Origin: Collinsella sp.
Lineage (GTDB): Bacteria > Actinomycetota > Coriobacteriia > Coriobacteriales > Coriobacteriaceae
NCBI GenBank assembly: GCA_014871655.1
Contig: WGSK01000006.1
Coordinates: 882 to 64,881 of the forward strand
Length of the DNA stretch: 64,000 nucleotides
Reading direction: 5' to 3'
Of the stretch, positions 1 to 7,558 are shown piece by piece. Both the position numbers and the translations under genes were made by a program. The notes beneath the pieces were generated by a model, which saw nothing but the letters and a program-made list of their open reading frames with translations, had not been told where the DNA came from and ran no database searches. Position 1 is the stretch's first letter; every line of letters starts with the position of its first letter.

Positions 1-207
1 CTGCTGTACTTTGGCGTGATCTTTACCTTTGTGTTTGGCGCCGTGTTGGGCAACTGGTGTATTGAGCGCATGGGCCTGCACGCCATCGTCGTGGCGAGCT
101 TGCTGCTGTTTGTCGCGTTTGCCATCATGTTCATCGACCGCGAGCGCGACTTGCGCTTACGCTGGAAGGTTGCGGCCGAGGCTTGGAAAGAGGGCTGCCG
201 AAAGTAA
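1..207 (+). CDS. 3' end of a membrane protein, probably YoaK/DUF1275 family (partial, starts before window)
   Basis: Frame 1 is open from base 1: LLYFGVIFTFVFGAVLGNWC...; two hydrophobic helices with an F-x-x-G-A-x-x-G motif; stop at 207 followed by a hairpin. Confidence 0.5.
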   Translation: MLYFGVIFTFVFGAVLGNWCIERMGLHAIVVASLLLFVAFAIMFIDRERDLRLRWKVAAEAWKEGCRK

Positions 208-214
208 CCGAATG

Positions 215-249
215 CGGCAAAGGGGCTGTCCCTTTGCCGCAATATTTTT
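215..249 (+). terminator. Probable intrinsic terminator
   Basis: GCGGCAAAGGG...CCCTTTGCCGC stem followed by an AT/T-rich run. Confidence 0.55.
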
Positions 250-258
250 CATCGTCTG

Positions 259-272
259 TTGAAACGCTTTAA
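259..272. promoter_or_regulatory. Possible LacI-family/cre-like operator upstream of fucO
   Basis: TTGAAACGCTTTAA, imperfect palindrome with AANCGNTT core, next to TTGACG. Confidence 0.35.
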
Positions 273-372
273 ATAGTTTGACGTTCTCACGCGTTTTTTG
301 TTTCAAAAGCGTTAGGATGGGACTCATAGCGTGGGGCGTAATGGATGCCCCGCACACGATGGGAGGCTATCA

Positions 373-1539
373 ATGGCTAATCGTTTCGTTCTCAATACCA
401 TCTCTTATCATGGTTCCGGCGCCATCAAGGAGATCCCCGGCGAGCTCCAGCGTCGCGGCTACAAGAAGATCTTCGTCTGCTCCGACCCCGATCTGGTCAA
501 GTTTGGCGTTACCGCTAAGGTGACCGACGAGCTCGACGCCGCCGGCATCGCTTGGAGCCTCTACTCCGAGATCAAGCCCAACCCCACGATTCAGAACGTC
601 AAGGACGGCGTCGAGGCCTTCAAGGCCGCCGAGGCTGACGCTATCGTGACCATCGGTGGCGGCTCCTCCATGGACACCGCCAAGGCCATCGGCATCATCA
701 TCAACAACCCCGAGTTCGCCGATGTCCGCAGCCTCGAGGGCGTTGCTCCCACTAAGAACCACGCCGTGTTCACCATCGCCGTGCCGACGACCGCCGGTAC
801 CGCTGCCGAGGTGACCATCAACTACGTCATCACCGACCCCGAGAAGGTCCGCAAGTTCGTGTGCGTCGACACCAACGACGCCCCCGAGGTCGCCGTCGTC
901 GACCCCGACATGATGGCTTCCATGCCCGCCGGCCTGACCGCCTCCACCGGCATGGACGCTCTGACCCACGCCATCGAGGGCTATACCACCAAGGGCGCTT
1001 GGGAGCTCTCCGACATGTTCCACTTTGAGGCCATTAAGCTGATCAGCGAGAACCTGCGCGACTCCGTCGCCGAGGCCAAGTCCGGCCAGCCCGGCTCCGG
1101 CCGTGAGGGCATGGCTCTTGGTCAGTATGTCGCCGGCATGGGCTTCTCCAATGTTGGCCTGGGCATCGACCACGCCATGGCTCACACTCTGTCCGCTCAC
1201 TACGACACCCCGCACGGCGTCGCTTGCGCCATGCTGCTGCCGATCGCCATGGAGTTCAACAAGCCGGTTTGCGCCGAGCGCCTGGCCAAGGTCGCCGTTG
1301 CCATGGGCGTTGACACCACGGGCATGAGCACCGACGAGGCCGCCGACGCCGCCATCGCCGCCGTTAAGCAGCTTTCCGCCGACGTGAACATCCCGCACGT
1401 CTGCGAGGCCATGAAGGCTGACGAGATCGAGGTCCTGGCCAAGGACGCCATGGCCGACGCCTGCTTCCCGGGTAACCCGCGCGAGGCGACGCTCGACGAC
1501 GTCATCGAGCTCTTCAAGAAGATCTGCCCGGCTGCCTAG
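373..1539 (+). CDS. fucO: Lactaldehyde reductase / iron-containing alcohol dehydrogenase
   Basis: MANRFVLN start after GGGAGG SD; GGGSSMD, PTTAGTAAEVT, GMDALTHAIEGY, HAMAH, PHGVAC and GNPR motifs. Confidence 0.9.
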   Translation: MANRFVLNTISYHGSGAIKEIPGELQRRGYKKIFVCSDPDLVKFGVTAKVTDELDAAGIAWSLYSEIKPNPTIQNVKDGVEAFKAAEADAIVTIGGGSSMDTAKAIGIIINNPEFADVRSLEGVAPTKNHAVFTIAVPTTAGTAAEVTINYVITDPEKVRKFVCVDTNDAPEVAVVDPDMMASMPAGLTASTGMDALTHAIEGYTTKGAWELSDMFHFEAIKLISENLRDSVAEAKSGQPGSGREGMALGQYVAGMGFSNVGLGIDHAMAHTLSAHYDTPHGVACAMLLPIAMEFNKPVCAERLAKVAVAMGVDTTGMSTDEAADAAIAAVKQLSADVNIPHVCEAMKADEIEVLAKDAMADACFPGNPREATLDDVIELFKKICPAA

Positions 1540-1592
1540 CCTAGTTTGGTGTTCTTTCGCCTGTAGGCGTATGGACTTTTGACTTGCCGCTG

Positions 1593-1626
1593 GCCCCGCC
1601 GTGCTACGCACGGCGGGGCTTTTTGT
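1593..1626 (+). terminator. Intrinsic terminator of fucO
   Basis: GCCCCGCCGTG-ctacg-CACGGCGGGGC then TTTTT. Confidence 0.85.
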
Positions 1627-1688
1627 GCTGCGTCGATGCCCCGAGACGGGCAAAACCAAGGCATACTGCCCGCTGCGGATAGGTGGCG

Positions 1689-1944
1689 CACTTCCCAGCG
1701 TGCATTTTTGGGAGTATTCAGCAAGCTCTTAAAAATGCATAACGTTTTGAATGGGTCGTAGTGGCCCGCAGGCGCCCATCGACAGCCCTTGTGGGCGGGC
1801 TATCGATGGACGGAGATGGCTGTCGTCGCGTTTTTGGTTTGCGTTGGCCTGCAACACTGCTGTAACCGCGTCGTATTGTCGTTTGTGATGGGGCCGTTGG
1901 GGCCCACGGTGCTGAATACTCCGTTTTTTGCACGGTCCAAAGTG
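1689..1944. repeat. Intergenic element bounded by imperfect inverted repeats (MITE-like)
   Basis: GGAGTATTCAGCA (1711-1723) and TGCTGAATACTCC (1910-1922) are exact complements, extended outward by CGTGCA/TGCACG and CACTT/AAGTG; internal hairpin ~1776-1809. Confidence 0.5.
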
Positions 1945-2143
1945 GGGTACCCTGAGACGAAGCAAGAAGATGCCTCATTTTTATGCAGAAATCGAAAAGC
2001 TTTATGCAAGATTCGGGTTGTAAACCGTGCGCGTGCACAAAACCGGTGCGGGGACGTCGGGAGGCGGCTCGGCTCCTAGGGCATTGACCGTGCAGAACGG
2101 TTAAAATCGGGACTCGGTCTTAGTTTTACTTGGAAGGATGCAT

Positions 2144-3187
2144 ATGGCTTCTAATGTTGATGCTTCTCTAGAGGGGACGCTCTCCTATATCGCGGGACAG
2201 CTTAAGACGCTGACTTCTATTGCTTCGCCTACCGGCTATACCCGTGCGGCGACTGATTATCTGATGGAAACGTTGCGCGATATGGGCTTTGGCCCCGAGC
2301 GTTCCAATAAGGGCAACGTGCTGGTTGAGCTTGGCGGCGAGGGCGAGCCGCTCGTGTTGGCGAGCCATGTCGATACCCTTGGCGCCATGGTGCGCTCCAT
2401 TAAGGACAATGGTCGCCTGCGTCCCACGACGCTTGGTGGGCATCAGTGGTCTACGGCCGATGGCGAGAACTGCACCGTCTACACGCGTGACGGCAATGTG
2501 TACACGGGTGTGGTCCTCAATACCGAGCCCTCGGCGCACGTGGCCGACGAGCCGGTCAAGGCCATCGAGAAGAACATGGAAATCCTGCTCGACGAGAACG
2601 TCGACAGCAAGGACGATGTGCTCGAGCTGGGTATTCAGACCGGCGACATCATCGCTATGGATCCGCGTACCACGGTGACGGAGAGCGGCTACATTAAGAG
2701 CCGCTTCCTGGATGACAAGCTGTCGGCGTCGATTCTGCTGGGTCTGGCCCGTGCCGTTGCTGACGGCGAGGTGACCCTTTCGCGCAAGGTTTCGCTGCTC
2801 TTTACGGTGTACGAGGAGGTCGGCCACGGCGGTGCCTTTGTGCCGGCTGACACGCGCGAGATGATCAGCGTGGACATGGGCTGCGTGGGCGACGACCTGG
2901 GCTGCACCGAGCGCATGGTTTCGATTTGCGCTAAGGATTCGGGTGGCCCCTACAACTACGACCTGGTGACCACGCTGTCCAACATCGCGCGCGAGCTCGA
3001 GCTCGATTACGCCATCGACGTGTACCCGCATTACGGCTCGGACGTTGAGGCCACGCTTTCTGCCGGCTACGACATCCGTCACGGCCTGATCGGCCCCGGT
3101 GTGTACGCGAGCCACAACTACGAGCGCAGCCACATGGACGGCGTGCGCAACACCTACGAGCTCGTCCGCGCCTACGTGCAGCGTTAG
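2144..3187 (+). CDS. M42 family metallopeptidase
   Basis: SHVDTLG, RFLDDK, EEVG, SVDM and SHNYER metal-ligand motifs; GGAAGG SD before ATG 2144. Confidence 0.88.
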   Translation: MASNVDASLEGTLSYIAGQLKTLTSIASPTGYTRAATDYLMETLRDMGFGPERSNKGNVLVELGGEGEPLVLASHVDTLGAMVRSIKDNGRLRPTTLGGHQWSTADGENCTVYTRDGNVYTGVVLNTEPSAHVADEPVKAIEKNMEILLDENVDSKDDVLELGIQTGDIIAMDPRTTVTESGYIKSRFLDDKLSASILLGLARAVADGEVTLSRKVSLLFTVYEEVGHGGAFVPADTREMISVDMGCVGDDLGCTERMVSICAKDSGGPYNYDLVTTLSNIARELELDYAIDVYPHYGSDVEATLSAGYDIRHGLIGPGVYASHNYERSHMDGVRNTYELVRAYVQR

Positions 3188-3212
3188 GCGCATTTATAGC
3201 GCGTGGCAAGTT

Positions 3213-3258
3213 AAGAGCGCCCTAGCCGGTATAACGTTGCCGGCAGGGGCGCTCTTGT
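3213..3258. terminator. Hairpin terminator between convergent genes
   Basis: AAGAGCGCCC...GGGCGCTCTT stem. Confidence 0.6.
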
Positions 3259-3261
3259 GCG

Positions 3262-3324
3262 TTGCGGTGAAATAGGGACTGTTTTTGCATTTGAAACGCA
3301 TAAGCAGTCCCTATTTCACCGCAA
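3262..3324. repeat. REP-like palindrome family A, copy 1 (63 bp)
   Basis: Perfect 20-bp arms TTGCGGTGAAATAGGGACTG / CAGTCCCTATTTCACCGCAA; related copy at 14297. Confidence 0.8.
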
Positions 3325-3342
3325 TTTATGAAGGGGATGGGG

Positions 3343-4443
3343 CTACTTAAGCGCGCCGGTCACGGTACCGCCGCCCAAGACGACGTCGCCGTGGTAGACG
3401 ACGACGGCCTGGCCGGGGGCGATGGCGCGCTGCGGCTCGTCAAAAGTTAGCAGCATTTGCCCGTCTTCGCCGCGCGTAAGGGTTGCTGCCTGGTCTTTCT
3501 GACGGTAGCGGTACTTGGCGCCCACATGAATGCCGCCGGACGTGAGTTCTGCTTCCATGCGGTCGGCAGGGGCGCTCCAGATCCAGTCGTTGGCCGCGAG
3601 CGCTGTGGCCGTCAGGTCCTCGGCCTCGCCCAGATGCACAATGTTGCTGGCGGCATCGACGCCCGTTACGTACACGGGATGCGCCATCGCGACGCCCAAG
3701 CCCTTGCGCTGGCCGATGGTATAGCGCAGCGCACCGTTGTGGCGCCCGACCACGCTGCCGTCGCGCCATACAATATCGCCCGGCTCGGCGGCATGTCCAC
3801 GGCGGCGCTCGATATAGCCCGCGTAGTCGCCGTCCGCGATAAAGCAGATATCCTCGCTCTCGGCCTTCTTGGCGTTGATGAAGCCCTGCTCGGCGGCAAT
3901 GCGGCGCACGTCGCGCTCTTTGTCCAGCCCAGCCAGCGGAAAGATCGTGTGCGCCAGGCGTTCCTGCGTAAGCGAATACAAAAAGTAACTCTGGTCCTTT
4001 TTGGGGTCCTCGCCGCGGTGCAGCTGCCAGGTGCCGTCGGGCGCCTGGCTCGTCTTTGCATAGTGGCCCGTGGCGATGTAGTCGCAGCCCATGTCCAGCG
4101 CCGCATCGAGCAGCGCGCCAAACTTAATGTGGCGGTTGCAGATGATGCACGGATTGGGCGTCAGTCCCTCCTGGTAGGCGGTCACGAAGCGCTCGATAAC
4201 ATTGCGGTCGAAGGTCTGCTGCAGGTCGAGCACATGGTGGGGTATCCCCAGGCGCTCGGCGACGGCCTTTGCATCGGCGATGTCGCGGTCGACCTTACTC
4301 ATGCCCGTGACGGGATCGGGCGCGGGGCAGGTGAGGCGCATGGTGGCGCCGACGCATTCGTAGCCCTGGCGCTTGAGCAGGTACGCGGTCACGCTGGAAT
4401 CGACGCCGCCACTCATGGCGACGAGCACGCGCTTGTTGTGCAT
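3343..4443 (-). CDS. mnmA: tRNA 2-thiouridine(34) synthase
   Basis: AMSGGVDS PP-loop, TPNPCIICN, ATGHY, KDQSYFL, DICF, YTIGQRKGLG, APGQA. Confidence 0.96.
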   Translation of the reverse strand: MHNKRVLVAMSGGVDSSVTAYLLKRQGYECVGATMRLTCPAPDPVTGMSKVDRDIADAKAVAERLGIPHHVLDLQQTFDRNVIERFVTAYQEGLTPNPCIICNRHIKFGALLDAALDMGCDYIATGHYAKTSQAPDGTWQLHRGEDPKKDQSYFLYSLTQERLAHTIFPLAGLDKERDVRRIAAEQGFINAKKAESEDICFIADGDYAGYIERRRGHAAEPGDIVWRDGSVVGRHNGALRYTIGQRKGLGVAMAHPVYVTGVDAASNIVHLGEAEDLTATALAANDWIWSAPADRMEAELTSGGIHVGAKYRYRQKDQAATLTRGEDGQMLLTFDEPQRAIAPGQAVVVYHGDVVLGGGTVTGALK

Positions 4444-4472
4444 GGGGAGGTTCTCCTTGGTGGCATGTGGCC

Positions 4473-4511
4473 AAAAAAGAAAAGCGGCGCGGGAGGCTGG
4501 TTCCGCGCCGC
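4473..4511 (-). terminator. Intrinsic terminator between cysK and mnmA
   Basis: Minus strand GCGGCGCGG-loop-CCGCGCCGC followed by TTTTCTTTTTT. Confidence 0.8.
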
Positions 4512-4621
4512 AGACATTGTAGCAAGTTCGGGCGTCATGTGGGACGCCCTGTTGGGATGAGCCCAGGCTGCCAGAAGAGAGGAGACCGGCTCGTCCCTGG
4601 GTTCAACCTATGGACGAGGCT

Positions 4622-5560
4622 CTAGTCCTGGAAGAGCGCCGTGGACAGGTAGCGCTCGCCGGTGTCGGCGAGCAGCGCCACGATGGTCTTGCCCTCGTTC
4701 TCGGGGCGCTTGGCCAGCTGCAGCGCGGCCCACACGGCGGCGCCGGACGAAATGCCCACGAGCACGCCCTCCTTGTGGCCCACGGCGCGGCCGGTCGCAA
4801 AGGCGTCGTCGTTCTCGACGGGGATGATCTCGTCATAGACCTGGGTGTCGAGGACGTCGGGCACAAAGCCGGCGCCGATACCCTGGATCTTGTGCGGGCC
4901 GGCTTGGCCCTTAGAGAGCACCGGGGAAGTGGCGGGCTCAACGGCGACGACCTGAATCTCGGGGTTCTGCTCCTTGAGGAACTCACCCACGCCGGTCACG
5001 GTGCCGCCGGTTCCAATGCCGGCGACGAAGATGTCGACCTCGCCGTCGGTGTCATCCCAGATTTCGGGGCCGGTCGTGGCCTTGTGGATGGCGGGGTTGG
5101 CGGGGTTCACAAACTGGCCGGCGATAATGCTGTTGGGGGTCTCCTTCTGCAGCTCCTCGGCCTTGGCGATGGCGCCCTTCATGCCCTTGGAACCGTCGGT
5201 GAGCACGAGCTGTGCGCCATATGCCTGCATAAGCTTGCGGCGCTCCACGGACATGGTCTCGGGCATGGTGATGATCACCTTGTAGCCGCGAGCCGCCGCC
5301 ACCGAGGCGATGCCGACGCCGGTGTTGCCGCTCGTGGGCTCGATGATGGTGTAGTCGCCACCGCGCACGAGCTTGCCGGCCTTCTCGGCCTCGTCGATCA
5401 TGTTCTTGGCGACGCGGTCTTTGACGGAGCCGGCGGGGTTGAAGTATTCCAGCTTGACGAGCACGCGGGCCTTGAGGTCCTCATCGGCCTCAAAGTGAGT
5501 GAGCTCCAGAAGCGGGGTATGGCCGATAAGCTGATCGATGGACGTGTAAACGTTGCTCAT
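4622..5560 (-). CDS. cysK: Cysteine synthase A
   Basis: [14 protein letters not shown] (PLP lysine), [42 protein letters not shown]. Confidence 0.96.
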   Translation of the reverse strand: MSNVYTSIDQLIGHTPLLELTHFEADEDLKARVLVKLEYFNPAGSVKDRVAKNMIDEAEKAGKLVRGGDYTIIEPTSGNTGVGIASVAAARGYKVIITMPETMSVERRKLMQAYGAQLVLTDGSKGMKGAIAKAEELQKETPNSIIAGQFVNPANPAIHKATTGPEIWDDTDGEVDIFVAGIGTGGTVTGVGEFLKEQNPEIQVVAVEPATSPVLSKGQAGPHKIQGIGAGFVPDVLDTQVYDEIIPVENDDAFATGRAVGHKEGVLVGISSGAAVWAALQLAKRPENEGKTIVALLADTGERYLSTALFQD

Positions 5561-5621
5561 GGTGAACCTCCAAAGTGTTCAAATGACTGGATACCGTGTG
5601 GTTTTACGGTATGTGTAGCAG

Positions 5622-5705
5622 ATAAACCCACAAACCGTATAGGTTGTTCGTTTTGCTGTTGGCAAGCATAGTAGACACTAAAGCCTAGTAACGCAATAGG
5701 AAATA
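5622..5705. promoter_or_regulatory. Two CymR/Rrf2-type operator candidates (5622-5648, 5679-5705)
   Basis: ATAAACCCACAAACCGTATAGGTTGTT and TAAAGCCTAGTAACGCAATAGGAAATA share an AT-rich CC-N13-GG pattern ending ATAGG, between divergent cysK and the Rrf2 gene. Confidence 0.55.
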
Positions 5706-5813
5706 GAAGATTATTACGAGTCGATTAACCATCTTGACCGGAACGGGTATTTTCAAAACCAATTTTTCGGCTAGAATTTCTACGGACTAAATGACCGAAA
5801 GGCAGCACTATAC

Positions 5814-6242
5814 ATGTTGGTTTCTACTAAGGGCAGATATGCCCTGCGCGTTATGGTCGATCTGGCCGAGCACCAGGCGGCCGGTCGCATCCCGCTCAAA
5901 GAGATCGCGGCGCGACAGGGGATTTCCGAGAAATATCTCGAGAACATCTTGGCTACGCTCGTGCGCGCCAACATGCTCTCGGGCATGCGCGGCAAGGGCG
6001 GCGGCTACGTGCTTACGCGCCCGCCCGAGCAGTATACGGTGGGCGAGATCCTGCGCCTGACCGAGGGCAGCTTGGCGCCGGTCGCATGCCTGGACGGCGA
6101 CTGCAAGGGCTGTTCGCGTTCGGACGAGTGCCCCACGCTCGACGTGTGGAAGAACCTGGACAAGCTCATCAACGACTACCTCGACGGTGTGACGCTTGAT
6201 CAACTTGTCGCTCCCAACCATGGCTACGACTACGTCATCTAA
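5814..6242 (+). CDS. Rrf2 family transcriptional regulator (CymR/IscR-like)
   Basis: MLVSTKGRYALR, ISEKYLENI, RGKGGGYVL; Cys cluster CLDGDCKGCSRSDEC; C-terminus YDYVI. Confidence 0.92.
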   Translation: MLVSTKGRYALRVMVDLAEHQAAGRIPLKEIAARQGISEKYLENILATLVRANMLSGMRGKGGGYVLTRPPEQYTVGEILRLTEGSLAPVACLDGDCKGCSRSDECPTLDVWKNLDKLINDYLDGVTLDQLVAPNHGYDYVI

Positions 6243-6310
6243 CCCATACCCGCCATTTGGGGACGGAGCGGAAATGGTAGATTCTCTCGCCCTTTGAGAC
6301 TTGACAAATA

Positions 6311-6350
6311 AGAAGGCCGCCCATTTTTGCGATGGGCGGCCTTCGTTTTG
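6311..6350. terminator. Bidirectional terminator
   Basis: GAAGGCCGCCCAT...ATGGGCGGCCTTC stem between convergent genes. Confidence 0.75.
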
Positions 6351-6384
6351 GGCTGTTGAGACGGGCACGGCCGGAATGGCCGTT

Positions 6385-6750
6385 TTAGTCCTCGGCGATG
6401 CTGTCGAGGATGCTGCGCGTGATGGATACCAGGATACTGCCCATAAAGGCCGATCCAAAGCTGGCGATGGAGATGCCCGCGCCCAGCAGATTGACCGACA
6501 GGTAGCTGGCCAGCTCGAGCATAAAGCTGTTGACTACGAGCTGAAAAACACCAAGCGTAATAATAGTGAGCGGCAGTGAGATGACGGTCAGGAACGGTTT
6601 GACGAACGAATCGACAATGTTCAGGAACAGTCCCACAAAGGCAAAGCAGACCCAGGTCTCGGCAAAGCCGAAGGGTTGGATACCGGGGACGAGGAACGTG
6701 GCGATCGCGATGGCGATCGAGGTGAAGAGCCAGTTAAGCATAAAGCGCAT
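6385..6750 (-). CDS. 4-TM YvlD-like 'phage holin family' membrane protein
   Basis: VKPFLTVISLPLTIITLGVFQLVVN motif; AAGG SD. Confidence 0.8.
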   Translation of the reverse strand: MRFMLNWLFTSIAIAIATFLVPGIQPFGFAETWVCFAFVGLFLNIVDSFVKPFLTVISLPLTIITLGVFQLVVNSFMLELASYLSVNLLGAGISIASFGSAFMGSILVSITRSILDSIAED

Positions 6751-7074
6751 GGCGTGAATCCTTTCTTGCGCCGGGATTGCTGGCGTCGCGTGAAGCGGCT
6801 TACGGCGGCGACCTGGATGGTTGCGCGGGCGCGCCGCGGTGTTTGGGCGCCCATTGTCTCAAATATTCGTGGAGCTTACGTGCGCATATGGTTTCTAAAC
6901 GGCGTTCGTCCTGAAAAACGCGCCGCTGGCAGAGAGTCTTGTCGCTTTAGTTTGGTGGTGTGCTACACTGCTACGGGCAAAAGCCACAGGCGTTGCCCTA
7001 TTGCATAGAACGGGTGAACGATGCCCGATGTCAGTATCAACTTCGATGCCTTTTGGCGGGTTTGGCGGTGATCG

Positions 7075-7374
7075 ATGAATATCGAGAACATGTTTGACAA
7101 GCCTGATGTCAAGCAGCTGGTCCACGCATTTAGCCTTTTGGACGACGAGAAGGATATTCAAGCGTTTTTGACCGATATCTGCACGCCGCGCGAGATTTGC
7201 GACCTTTCTCAGCGTTTGCAGGTTGCGCGCTATTTGGACGAGGGCGAGCCTTATGTTGAGGTTCAGGCCCGTACCGGCGCTTCGTCCACCACGGTGAGCC
7301 GCGTTTCAAAGGCGCTGAACGGCGAGTACGGTGGCTACCGCAAGATCCTCATTAAGTTGGAGGATGGCGAGTAG
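7075..7374 (+). CDS. YerC/YecD TrpR-related protein
   Basis: FLTDICTPRE, QRLQVA, TGASSTTVSRV, GGY. Confidence 0.9.
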   Translation: MNIENMFDKPDVKQLVHAFSLLDDEKDIQAFLTDICTPREICDLSQRLQVARYLDEGEPYVEVQARTGASSTTVSRVSKALNGEYGGYRKILIKLEDGE

Positions 7375-7400
7375 GCCAGCGACAACATTGAATTACGAAG

Positions 7401-7426
7401 AACCGTCCCTCCGGGGGCGGTTTTTA
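7401..7426 (+). terminator. Intrinsic terminator
   Basis: AACCGTCCC-tccg-GGGGCGGTT then TTT. Confidence 0.75.
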
Positions 7427-7558
7427 TATGCCTGCAATCGGCTGGTGCGTTGGGTTCAGGTTGCTTTGTACCAAAAGATGGAACTGCGGTGGCAATGTGT
7501 CCGCTTGGGCGGGTAGGATGGATGCATTGATTATTGCGAACGGTTTGAGCGGAGGACC

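Noticed and set aside
370..1659. Long antisense ORFs (also 16438-18573, 18610-20256, 21643-23355, 24037-25998, 29137-30567, 48298-50367, 50389-52437)
   Set aside because: Shadow frames expected opposite GC-biased genes; no motifs or SD, and each overlaps a well-supported gene
1978..2010. TTTATGCA direct repeat
   Set aside because: Two 8-mers only; insufficient to call a binding site
6385..6750. Holin as evidence of a prophage
   Set aside because: YvlD-type proteins are usually chromosomal; no phage genes nearby
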